A stretch of DNA of 64,000 nt from Takakia lepidozioides (lineage: Eukaryota; Plantae; Bryophyta), in NCBI GenBank assembly GCA_030704615.1, contig CM060732.1, forward strand, positions 53,382,001 through 53,446,000. Direction: 5' to 3'. The translations under genes were made by a program, and so were the position numbers. This document shows, piece by piece, positions 13,210 to 25,864 of this stretch. Below the pieces are notes generated by a model. It was given only the letters and a program-made list of their open reading frames with translations. It was not told where the DNA came from and ran no database searches. Every line of letters begins with the position of its first letter. The first letter of the stretch is position 1.

Positions 13210-14240
13210 GTTTTTTGGTGGGGCTGTTGAGATCCCTGGGCAGGCTGCTCCTCCTCTTTCCCATCTCTACGGGAAACATTATCCTCTTTTGACAGTAGGA
13301 AAATAAAGCACCTTAATTTTTTCTTCCTTCACTTGGTCGCTTATGTGGTGATACTGTATTTCTATGAGAGAGACAGTCGTGATGCAAAGAGATGATGGTC
13401 GGGCGATGAATGGGGGGCCTGTACACCATATCCCTGGGATGAAGCTCCATTATGGAAACTTTGACGTCATGGGTCGCCTCAAACCCAAAAGGAAACATGT
13501 CCTTGTAGTCTTGCTCCAGCCTCTCCTGCATCTTCTCACACTTCTCTTTGTCGAATATGTGTGTAGCCCTGGGTTTCTTGTTATCTGTCATGAAAGTGGG
13601 ATCCATCTCCTCTTTTTGTTTCTTCTTTCCCCCTGATGTCCCGGCTTCATTCTCATCACCACCGGCGTCAATGGATTTCCGTTTTCCCTTCTTTGGCCGC
13701 GCTCTCACAGCCTCCTCCTCCCGCGTGCTTTGCAATCTCCTTACCCTTTAAGTAAAGCACATCCAAGAAAATACCCCAAGCCATGCAAAAACCTTCATCT
13801 GTAAATTGACTACCCTCGTCGCAATATGTAAACCCCGCTCGAATGGACTCTCTCATCATGGCCTTCCTTAGAATTCGTACCTCCAGTTTGAAGCCAAACG
13901 TTCTAGGAAATCTACTATCTTTCATCATGAACATTACCAGCATCGGAAATTCCACCTCCATCTCCAGCTCTACGTCGACTACATCTGCATATTTGAGCTT
14001 GGCGACCTCTGCACCAATCTTGTAGTGGAATCGGAACTTATGGTTCGGAGATGTTCCAACGGGTACAATGCCCCATTCTGTGATCTCCGGGTTGAGCTAA
14101 AAAATTGCCAGGTGATCATTCTTTGAAATTTGGAGATTTTCGAGAAACAAATGAACCACAGATAGGTCTGCACATTCCAACAATACAATCCCTGGGGGTG
14201 ATGTTGCTGTCCACAGAACAAACCACCTCTGTCGTCAGAT
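13210..14240 (-). pseudogene. Degenerate unknown protein(s) of probable transposon origin, with basic NLS-like stretch
   Basis: Long frame ~14235-13668 with one TAG, overlapping ORF 13735-13313 (RPKKGKRK, KKKQKEE, YKDMFPFGFEATHDVKVSIMELHPRDMVYRP); coding-like composition; no firm family assignment. Confidence 0.45.
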
Positions 14241-14529
14241 ACATATCATAACAACCATACAAACTCTTAGGACAGTAACCTCCACTGTCCAGTGGAGGTT
14301 CACCACTTCACACGCTCATAGCTGACAGATAAAAAAAATTCAATTCAGGAGGAAAAAAATATTTCACTCATAAGAAGAAAAAACATTTATTCAAAGAAGG
14401 TTCGCCTCGCCATTCCATACATCATGCGGTCTCAAAATTGTTTGAATAACCAATACCTAATATCTACAAGAACTCGATGTTCTTTTGTAAGATGAGGTTC
14501 ATCTTTTCATTTTCTTATATCTACAATAA

Positions 14530-15132
14530 CTACAAGAGGCTCTCTCGAATCATCTTGAGGGTTTCAGGGGAGTACTCCCTAGGGGTATATGTCGGAGAAT
14601 CTCCAGAGATGTATTCTGGAGAGTCTCCAGAGACGTACTGAGGAGAATCTGCAGGGACATATTCTAGAGAATCAGCGGAGACATATTCTGGAGAAATTAC
14701 AAGGACAGATACTGGATACTGAGGAGAGTCAGGACTGTATCCGGGAGAGGACGGAAGGACAGATCCCGGGGACTATTCACTATCTCCTACAGAAATGTCA
14801 TTATCTGAATCAGACTGAAGATTGCACTCATCACTTTCATCTTTCTCTTTCTCTGTTTCCTCCATTGTCTCCCGTCGAATAACTCCCTCAAACATTGATT
14901 CGTCAGTGCCCGGATTTATGAAGGTTCGCACGTCAGAGCTATCAGATCTCTTCTTGAAGGTTTTTGTTTTCGATAAAACCAGTGACGCGTCTTGGTTTTC
15001 TGCTTCGTTGATGTTTACTAGATTTTGTCTCCTTGGCCTCTTACAGATGTCGACGACGGTCTCATAACCATCTTTGGCCACCGTGTGCACTCCTACGCAC
15101 CTTCTTTTTATACTGACAGAACAAAAAATCAA
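14530..15132 (-). pseudogene. Acidic protein with RNA polymerase II CTD-like Y-S-P repeats (in-frame TAG at 14775-14773)
   Basis: Reading past the stop of ORF 15132-14773: DSE*SPGSVLPSSPGYSPDSPQYPVSVLVISPEYVSADSLEYVPADSPQYVSGDSPEYISGDSPTYTPREYSPETLKM; encoded by a 24-bp tandem repeat at ~14587-14710. Confidence 0.7.
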
Positions 15133-15319
15133 CGTAGGGGAGGCACCGACATAAGTCTATCTCAAAACATCCTTATGTTGTGCCTTGGCATAGTAACACG
15201 CAGGAACCTCCACTGGGCAGGCGAGGTTCGTGTGGTTTGTCCTGCCGGAGTTTATGGAGGTCTACTAGAGGTCTAGTGGTCTACGGAGACTAGTCTACTA
15301 GAGTAGCCTAGGCCCGAAG

Positions 15320-16410
15320 AAAAACCCGTTTTCAACCCTCAACCCTTTAACCCAAGCCCTAAACCCTCGTCGAAAACCCTAAGCAAAACCCTACGCCATT
15401 GTTACGTCTAAACCCTTACCCTTCCCCTGCAAATGGGAATGAAGTATCCGTACCATAACCATAACTATTATGGTTATTCAAACCTCTTCGCCCTTCACCT
15501 TGCGCAAGGTTTTGCCTTTGGTTTGGATTGACATGCACTTACCTTTTTTTATCGAACTTTGCTTTCTATGTATCTTAATACCAGGTTCCAAGGACGAGTC
15601 TTTCATTTAAATACTTGTCCGATGCAATGACTACACTTCCATAATATTATTTTGCTTACTACCTTACTAACAACACTAAGTTGTAGCAAATGCGAGTCTT
15701 CCGGCATGTATGCTCACCATTTCTGCCTTCAACCCAAACCCTAAACCCTCGTCGGGAACCCTAAACAAAACCCTACACCATTATTACGTCTAAATCCTTA
15801 CCCTTCCCCTTCCCCTACAAATGAGAATGAAGTATCCATACCATAACCATATGTATCTTAATACCAGGTTCCAAGGACGAATCCTCAATTTAAATACTTC
15901 TCCGGCCCAATGACTCTTCCATAATATTTGTTTCTCCATTTTTTATTTTATTTTTTATCCTACTAACACACACCAAGTTCTAGCGACTGTGAGTCTTCCA
16001 TATTTGTTTGTCCAATAGTGTCAAACCGAAAACCCTACCTTTACCATCACCCCTAAACCATTAATCTTACCATAAACCAATAACTTTAGTGTACTACCCT
16101 AGTTACACTCCAAACCTTATTGTACTACCATGTTACTTCTTCTCAATGTTTCATGTTCTTTTAATATTTTCTTTTGTTGGATAAAGTATGATAGAATGAT
16201 TACAGGGATATCAAATTCCTCAACCATTTCTTAATTATACCAAGTGTGAGTCCATCATATTTGTTTGTCCTTTTGTACCCTAAATCCAAACCCTAAACCC
16301 TTACCCTTACTGTAAACCCAAACCTTATTACACTTCTCTCTAGTTACACCCCAAACCTTATTGTACTACCCTAGTACCTCTTCCGAATGTTTCATGCTAT
16401 TCTAATATTT
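15320..16410. repeat. Diverged tandem duplications rich in telomere-like AAACCCT motifs
   Basis: 15361-15462 is similar to 15743-15851; 15567-15700 to 15850-15995; 15985-16170 to 16245-16410; frequent AAACCCT/AAACCTT. Confidence 0.75.
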
Positions 16411-19400
16411 TAGTGCCCTTGTCACATCCAAAACATGATTCATTCCAATGCGTGGTATGTGAATATTGTGCTTGATATGAAGATTCAATCAATAAAATTA
16501 CTAGCAAGTTGTATCTAGTATGGTAGAGTAGGAGTCTGACCCATGTTCGATGCGACCCATTTGTTTATCGTGATCTTGCAATGGAATATTACTTTATTCG
16601 ACTTCCAAGTGGACGCTCAATGAATTGTTCAATACTGCTACTTCACATTGAGCACTTCAATGTCAAATGGACCTCTTATATGACACATTTTGAAACAAGT
16701 ATGACATCACCTAAAATATCACAAAGTTCAATCACACATTACACCATGATATTATTAATATTTCAATTAGTTTTAATGCAAATATATATTAAGTTTAGTC
16801 CGGATTTAAGCCAAAAGTCCATAATTAATTAAAATAGTGTTTGGAGTATGTCTTAGTATAATGGTTGTATCTCCTTGTTAATTTTTGAGATAGCCATAGA
16901 TTCCTCTATTATAAAATATCGTCATGGGAGATTCGGAAATTGAAGTGCTTTCGATTTGCGTTAATTTTCAACAAGTTTTAGAATCTGATGACTTCACAAT
17001 ACTTTGCACCATATCCAACCCATATTAGTATTCTGCATCTAGGTTTGGTTGATCCTTCTAACAAAGTACCTCAGTGAGAGATTGACTATCTTGGAATAGC
17101 AAAAGACTCTAGTGTCAAGGAACAATTATTGTAAAAATAACAAATATCATTAATGTTTGGTACAATGTTTGGAACTTTCATAGTAGAGCCTTTGAACATA
17201 TGACCTAAAAAGAGTGGTTGAAAAATTTGAAAAACATATAGAGAAGTTAGAAAACCAAATTGGACACCACAGCATAACAAAGAAACATGTTCCAAAAGTC
17301 ATCAAAGAATTTACTGCGTTTGTACCTGGAAAGCTTCAGGCAAAACACAATAGCTTACTGCTTCACAAGAAATCATGGTGATCTCAAGAAAATCTGGTTT
17401 CTAAATGAGCTTCCGCAGTCTAGTTGATTCGATGTCCTATAAACTCTTAAGCTTTGCATGGATGTTTTAGTCATTTTTCTTCTCATATTTTCTTTTCTTG
17501 CCTCAACAATGTCTTCCTTTCTCTTGTCCTGAAGTTCTTTCTAGGGTGAGAAGAAGAAGAAAAAGAAGGGGAAGTGGGTGGCCGTAGAGAGAGGTTCACT
17601 TGGGATGAACTCGTCAACTTTACTACGCAATTTGTTTCTTTGTAGCAGCACTGCGAAACGAAAGGCACATACCCCTTAAATTTTTCTCCATAATCAGTCT
17701 CTCTTTCATATCTCCGGAATACATATGGAGCTGATTGGCTCCACAACGATGGGTATCAGGGAAGCTTGAGCAAAGTCAATAATCACCCTCATTTTCTCCA
17801 AGGTTGGGAGTCCAAGGATTCCCTACGGAATCGCCCCAACAGTGTTATTGTGTGGGCTGATTTCCTGTACTTGTAAAGAAAGGGGAGTTAGTGTCGTATC
17901 AATCGGATGCATATTGAGAATCTCAGTTCCTCGGCGAAGGTGGGGCTCAGCAGAAGGAGGAATTGGAGTGGAAGATGGAGTTGGGCCCTGTCAAGGTGCT
18001 AGTAAAGAAGCATTGCTGGCACAAGACAAAAGATATGAACTATACCGCATGGATCCTGCATGACTATTTGTCGCAAAGTTAAGGAGTGTTGAGAATACAC
18101 GGAATCATTGTAAGGCTTTAATGTGATATCAAATCGTGTATCAAATTGATATTAAATCTGCATTGGTGCAAGTCGTGTGTATTCCGTGCTCTGTCCGCCC
18201 ATCTCTATAGTGCGATTCTCGCACGGATTTCATCTCACATAGATTCCCTGTGTAATCAATATCATCGTGTCAAACATTATAATGACACGGCTTTCATATT
18301 GTAGTGATGGATGACACTTCCGTGCCATAAAAATATGTCTAAGCCCACGGATGTAGTACGAATACATTGTACGGTGAAATCCGTATGGATTTTTAACAAA
18401 ATTCGTGACTCGGGATCTTGGAGATGTATGTAAGGCCCTGAGGAAAGTAGAGTATGGCATAGGTCCATCCTGCATTCAGAATGATCAAATGGCTGTAACA
18501 CTATTGGTGTGAGGTACTCCACAGTCAACAAAGAGATACAATCAGATTGGTATATTGGTATATTGAAAAATTAAAAATTGAAAATTGATATATTGACGTA
18601 AAAATCAACTGGTAAAAATCTGTTGCGTGCCCAATTTAATATGTATATGGTGAACACTATGTATAGTGGATTTTCCTAGGTACTATGTGCTCAACAAAAT
18701 TGGATATACATTTAGTGATATAGCCTCTTCCAAGTCTCCGAGTTATTCATCATATGGCCAATGTGGAATTGACGTTCACCCTTGCCACCCGAAGAAATGA
18801 TTTCAAGGGTAGTCTTGAAATTGTTGGAGTAGCAAACTAGTTTGATTTTGATTTTCAATCACAATACATTTACCTCGTGTTTACTCTTACATTTTGAATT
18901 ACATAAGACTTGAGCCGTTTGCGACAGCTCAAAAGTAGACTTGGCAAGCTTCCGCATGTGCCCCATGGGTTGCATGCTCCAGGTCGAGGTGGAGGAGGGG
19001 GTAGTGGGGGTCGTACAGCACGAGCGAAGAGAGAGGTCCTACCAGAGGCCAAAGAGGAACAGGTGGCATGACAAAAGGCCAGAGGAATGGCATGACTAGA
19101 GGCCAAAGTAGTAGGATGACGGTAAGGCAGAGGGGACATGGACATATGGATGGAGAGTCAACAAGCATGTAAGTTTTGTTTGGTATTTGTTTTATGAATG
19201 GTTGCTCGCAATCTACAACAATATAGGTTGCAAAGTGTTTTTAACATCAACAAATATCATGTATTAAAAGAAAAGAACAAGTGTGAGCTCATTTGCATTG
19301 CAAACACAAAAGAAAAGCAAAGGTTAGTGTGTCACACTCATGTGGGAATAAAATGTAATTTATTCAAGGTTTCACTACGCTTCACACTGAGCAGGCTACA

Positions 19401-22400
19401 TGGGCCTTGCATTCAATGAGAAGAATGTTGCTAAATACAAACATGTTCCTCTCAACATATGCAAGTGAATTTATTTCCACTCACGAGTTGGAGAGACGTT
19501 CAGGGTACCTATACACATGTATACAATGGTTGTAGATCATGAAATTTTCCTCAACTTGTCAACTTGGCCAATGCTCTGAGACAGAAAACCAGGCTGGCCC
19601 CACCACTGACTCCCAGAAGATGATGCACGCATTTCCATGGAACCTCATTCAGGACAGCCATCAAGCATGAACTTAGTGTAGGATGCACTTAGTGTAGGAT
19701 GCAATTAAAGGTGCATCGTTCTAGTCGATCTTTACGTTTCCATGCAGTGTTGCCCAATCCTCTCTATTCCAAATGGTCAAGCAGATTCCCATGGTTAGAT
19801 CCATGGGAGGTAGTAACTTCTTAGTTCTAAGAAGTATCTGCATTTGAAACTTTCAGGATGACGCATTGAATTTCTTTATGCTAGTCACCTCTCTAGCTTC
19901 TGGTATGTTCATTTGAACCCAAAAACAATAAAAAACAAGATGTCATTGATTCCTACATAAAAATGGATTTGATTTGCAGCTTCATGTGAGTGTGGGCCTA
20001 TAATTTCTTAGAGTTGTATAAAGATCTTGATGATAACCTATGTAGGTACCAGACAAGAAGACTATTACAATCAATCATTAGGCCCAACCCGGAGAGGAGT
20101 TAGTACAAGGGCCTCAATGTGAAATAGCTCTAAGTTGGAGTCTCTCTTTTGTTCTAGCTATTAAAAACAGTATTCATCAAAGATATATAGACATAGACAA
20201 ACCATATTATGCGTTAGGACGGGCATATATTTGGGAATAAACAGAGTTGAAAAGGTAGTATTACTACTAACAATGTGGCTATTAGTTGTAAGTCCGCAAC
20301 ATATGTAGAAGATGTGTACACACATAAGGCTGATTTGATCTTCTAATGACTTATCTTGCCGTTGGTAAGTGTACATAAATTTGCAACACTCACGCTAGCC
20401 CAAAAAAAACAATAGTGCAATATTTGTTAATTGTTAATAGGTTGGTGTGACTGTGCGAGCCAATAAGGTGCAAGAACCATTTTTAAATATTATTTTGTTT
20501 TAAATCGGATATCAAACTCAATGCCAATTGAATGTGGCTCCACCGTAAGTATATACTCCAGCACATGTTGATGTGAACTTCATTCAAACTAATGAACTCA
20601 TTGTGAAATGTAAATCGAAATGTTCTTAAGCTGGCCTTGGCATTAAAAAAAAAAAAAAAACTGGTCTTGTTCGATTGTTTCCACTTTAGACTGCTCTTAT
20701 ATACTCAACTTCATGCAGCACAATTGTGACATTTCCAATATCTCCACCTCTATCACTAGATGTGTGGCATACTTAGTGATTGCTAATGTCCAAAAATGTC
20801 TAGAGTTGAGATACTTGCAAAAGTACCCCAGTGTAGCATTGCGTCGTGTAGAGGGCTCAGGCGGCATTCTCATCCACTCAACTGTGGATTCCCAGCCCCC
20901 AAAGGTGAGTGATCGTGGGCGATAAATTCGACCACATCAGACATTTTGTTTTTTTCTGCTTCTTTTGGCAGGCTGGACGAGAGGGAGCCCTGCGCAACTC
21001 TTTCTCATCCGCCAATGCTCCGAAGATTCCCCCAAAGCAGCGAGGAGATGAAGGATTAAACTCTTTGAAATCGAGGTTAAATTTTCTAGGATATGAGGAG
21101 ATCTTTTGAACATCCTTAGTGTGCTTCATGCTCTCTTTATGAATTTGAAGTTTTGGGTGGGGGAAATGCTGCTTCCAGACGTAGAAGTTGTCTGATTTGC
21201 GGCATGTGCCATCAACAGCCCCAGTATTGTAGAGTGTAAAGACGCCGAGCGATCACGCTCACCCAGTCATCCCCGGTGCTTGCCACCTGCTTCATGAAGT
21301 AAATCGTTGCAATATGCAGCAGCAAAACTTCAATATCAGAAGTGTGTGACATGCACACACCTACTTAACATGAGGGACAATCAAAAAATAAAGATGCATA
21401 CTCCCAAGTGTTTCCGAACAAGTCGCTCATATAACTCCTGTCTTTTCCTTCGAGCAAATCCAATTCGAATACTTAAACAAACACCACAAGCTGGTACGTT
21501 AAGCCATATGTTCACACAGTAGAAAATGATCGGTAAGAAAGTACTCGATGTGCTGGCTGGAGGAGAAACTGTTTCTACCTCTCTAACAAGGCATATTTTG
21601 TGGAGTAACTTTCCGAGGTTGCTTGATGAAGATTTCTGCGAGATTTTAGAGTATGAACAAAGAAGAAAATTTGATGCCCGAAACGGTATGGCATTTAAGG
21701 AGACGAGGTTAAATCGTTAATCTGGTCAAGGTCCGGGTTTTCTTGTTGCAGTTGTCCATCCGTCAAATTCGTCAAGAATTGTAGCCTTTTCGACAGGTCA
21801 TGCCTGACTCCATTGTTAGCTTTAGAATACATGACTAACCCACTCCTCCACTTACAACAACTGGTTTCATTAAATTCAAAACAAAAACTTCTTCTAAGGG
21901 CTCGTTATCTCAGGCACTCCACATTAGTAGAAAGGGACTTGCCTAATATACCTCCACTGAACCCCTGTCCCGCTGTAGAATGCTTACTCATGAATCCAGA
22001 CAGTCCCAAAAGGGCCAGAAATCTTGGCATTGGCGCATGCACTGTTTCAGTGAAGTATCTCTTACCACACAGCACGCATGGGTATGGCGGCGCTTGAGGA
22101 GGCGTGGTGCGGCCATATGTGGTGAGACTCAGCACTCGAGACAGAAGACAACATTTACGACATGCACAGTTCCTGAATAGTCCTGGGGTCTTCTCCTCTC
22201 TGAGAAAACATCCGCATGCAGCACAGGTTTTCCCATGACCCAAAACTCTGCAACAGCAGGACAGACTTCAGGAAGATATTAGAAAACGACGGACAAATGG
22301 GAGGTAGAGATCAGGTTGTCGCAGGCTGGGGAAGATAGAGACAGGGGAAGATGTTTAAAACGTGTGTGCGGACGCTTTGGCCACCCCAACCAAACTCTGA

Positions 22401-25400
22401 TGAAGTACATCCTACACCGCGATGCTTTACGAGGATTTGTTTGCACTAGAAATAACGCCGATCTTTCGGGGATTGCGAGGCCTCACATGGAGTCCAGGTG
22501 AGTCGAGACTCATTTTCTCGGAGCTGTCTGGATGCGACGTACAATTTAGCAATAAAGAAACTCAGCTTAGCAATTAGATCCCTCCAAACTGCACTACTCA
22601 GGCTTGCTCCATGCAAACTGAAGTCAAGAAAAATACGATTCCAGCTTCCATACAGATCTGCACGCACACGCATGCAGTTGAGCACGAAGAGCAAAGTTTA
22701 GTGGATGTGACATTTTCGCTTATTGGGGACTTACATCACGCATCATTTCGACGAATCCTTCTCGCACGCCATCTCCAACGGGATGCAGAGGTATGCCCAG
22801 TCGAGCAAGCTAAGAACCTTGTGTGCATGCCCGATGGCCTATTACAGGCATGACGACAAATCCGAGTCTCTGCAGACCTTCCACTTCTGCCTCTAACCAC
22901 GCCTGTTACCGTGGTCTCCTACTCGAATCCATGTTCGAATGCACCTTCATGCAACACTCTCGGACTAGCTAGACCACATCGGATCCATCCCTCACATGTA
23001 GATCTCTTTCTAACGATCGCCTTCATGACTTTGTCGCCCAATTCTTCCACTCACTCTACGACCCCAATTTGCCCACAACTCTTCGCCATACACCACAGCA
23101 CCCACAAAAGTTTCAGGTCACAGTATCACAAATGACACATCACGCATCGGAAGTTCACAGTTTGATAGAGTGCAAACTCCAACATGGGCACTGGGCGGGC
23201 GACGTCTCTAACGTATCTTCTTAAACATAGAACCACCTTTTTGTGTGGCCAAACACGCAGTTGGATTATCCATTCGAAGCTTCCTGTGCGGACAGTACCT
23301 GCCGTCAAGAATGGCGTACAGCTTACGAAGTACAAGCACAAGAATAGTAGGGTATGTCTCAGTGGATACTTCTTCAAAGGATTATTGTATCATTGTGGAG
23401 GCTTCTAATATTTGGAGGATTGGACGTTAGTCCCTCGCTGTGATGATGCCTTCTGAAGCTTATGGAAAAACCATAACTCTGACACCGTAAAGGTCGCAGG
23501 CTAAACGCTCAATGCTATTCTAATAAGGTAAGAGATATGGGACAGGGACAGAAGTTGTGGTCAAACGGTATTCCATAGACAGAAATACCCTGTTTGCTTG
23601 ATCTTGGGAAGTGCACGACGCGGGATTTGAGCATGGAACGGAGGACAATGGTATCAGTTGCGCATTCCACTTATTGGATTCTGGTGTGGTAAGAGATCAC
23701 AAGCCTGGAGTGTGATGAACGCGTGGCAGAAATTCAGGTCTCTTTGACAGTGGTCAAACTGGGTCGGAGTAGATTCCGAGTATGCAGATAACTCTTTTAT
23801 GAGTCCCCGTCACTCGTGATTAAAGTTGTCATTTGAAGCCAAGGAAAACTCCAAAATGGAGTTGGCTGGAAAATGCCCGTGGCATTTAAGAATTGCTCAA
23901 GCTGTTATGAGCAGGCGGCTTATAATAAGAACCGGCCGCAGAGACTCAAAAAGCGCGCGATCGAAAGATGGGTATCTTCCAAGAGTTCCAATGCTGCACC
24001 ATGCCGCACACTTCCCGAGATTCAGTTTGACCCAAGAAAAAGTCGGTTGTGCAGTCTTTCAACGACGTCACCTACCTCATCCTACCTCTTGCTAAACCAA
24101 TAAACAACGCTCAATCTCAAAGGATCCTTTCAGCATGGGCATTGTTCAATACACTGAGCTCGTCGCACAATCTCTTGTATCTAAGTAGATGCTACCATTC
24201 AACACTGTATCTTCCCTAAAATCTGCAAGATTTGCACTATTCCCAAACCAAATTGTGGTGCCCGATTGAATTCAATTCAGCTCAAACTGGCACCCCATTT
24301 TTTCAAAAGAATTTACCCAAAGTTTCAAAGGCTCCAACCACACAGACATCGAGAGCGTACTTGTAGGGTCTACTTGTACCATTACCTCATATCATGGCTG
24401 GACCCAGTCATGAATCATGATCGTGTGAAAAAGTGCCCGTGGTGAGTGATGCATTTTCCTTCTATGCCAACATAGCTCCACGTCTATACCAGCGCAGCTC
24501 CCAAGGTTTCACAGGGCCATCCACGGAGGAGGAATTGAATGAGATCAGTCCTCAATTAACTATCTTGGGAGTCTTTAATCCGATCTTGGTACACATGGCA
24601 ACAGGAACTGGGACCCTTAATGCGGGAAAGACACCTGGGATCCGCAATCTTCATTGCGATAATATATCCCCCTTCTTTTTCCTGGTCTAACGGAACAGGA
24701 GTTGTCCAGATTTGTCTAGAGCCCCTACCAACCGTCTAATGAGCCTTAAAAGGCACCAGTGGACTATTGCGCACAGCTCCCAAGGTTTGACTGAGGAGGA
24801 GGGCCCAAAGAAAAACCCACAACGTACCTTTGCATGTTTAAGTGATCACAACCCATCCTTGCAATGTAAGGCATCCATGAATGAGTTGCTATTCAAAGAC
24901 ATGTGGCACTGCTGGAGTTTTTCTTTAGGAATCTACGGCACCTGGTAGGCTGGTTGGACGCTAATAATTTCCTTGCCCTTCATTGACTAGGAATCGAAGT
25001 TTTGACCTGCTGAATGTATGACAATAAATGTCATCTTCCCACCCTTCTAAGAAGGATGTGAAGTGATGCTTATGAAACCGACCTTGTGGATGAAGAAATG
25101 CCGATTGCGAAAGCTGGGTTTTTGTAGATTGCAAAGCAAAGCAAAGCAATCTAACAAAAGCAGGTCAATCTACAAAACCCAGCTTTCGCAATCGGCATTT
25201 GGGTGCATAAGGTAGTGAGTTGAGATGGACAGAGAGAGGGATTGAGAGATGGATGGGAAAGAGATGGGAGATTGATGGAGGAGAGAGGATGGGCCAATGG
25301 AGGGCGGTCTGGCCTTGGAAGAGGGAAAAGGGAGGCAGGCTGACACGAAGGGATGGGCCCGGCGCTCGTGGGTGGGCAGCAGGGCATTGGGCGAGGCAGT

Positions 25401-25864
25401 GTTTGCTGTCTGCGGTGCGGCAATGGCTGGCAGGTGGGACCCGGGAAGATTATTATAGATTTTGTCCATTTGACCGAGCTCATCGGTTGACCCTCTTTAC
25501 CTTCTCGTCTAGCTAGCCTGGGCTGCAGCTTCGCATCTCCAATTTCTTCTGGCGGGTTCTGCATATCTGTTGGATCCAGATCTCTCTCTCATGCTCTCCT
25601 GCTCGCCCTTTCTCTGTTGCGATTCCCTCCATGGCCTCGGCTGTACGGCAATGGTGTCTGCTTGTTTTGTTACCTTGCTTTGTGTAGACGTTGCAGTCCC
25701 GTCCGTAGCTGGAGCGAGCAAATTCATCTCCCATGCTCGGAGCGGGAAGGGACGATTGGAGATGCAGCTTGGCTCCTCCATGTCTGCGTGGCCTTCCTCA
25801 TTTTTCTCAGCGCTAGAGATGGCGACGAATAGACGGTGATTCGCAGTTTTAACTGGCGACACTT

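Noticed and set aside
14589-14882. Plus-strand repetitive ORF (ILENLQ-like)
   Set aside because: Antisense to neighbouring genes; better explained as shadow of the minus-strand Y-S-P frame
16420-20400. Possible LTR or transposon remnants, a weak ILG...IDF protease-like peptide near 17790 and an RG-rich peptide at 18990-19160
   Set aside because: No LTR pair, PBS or convincing domain visible
21500-24100. Possible highly decayed F-box/kelch pseudogene (YFFKGLLY, MELAGKCP fragments)
   Set aside because: Fragments in several frames with no clear F-box motif; cannot be supported by eye
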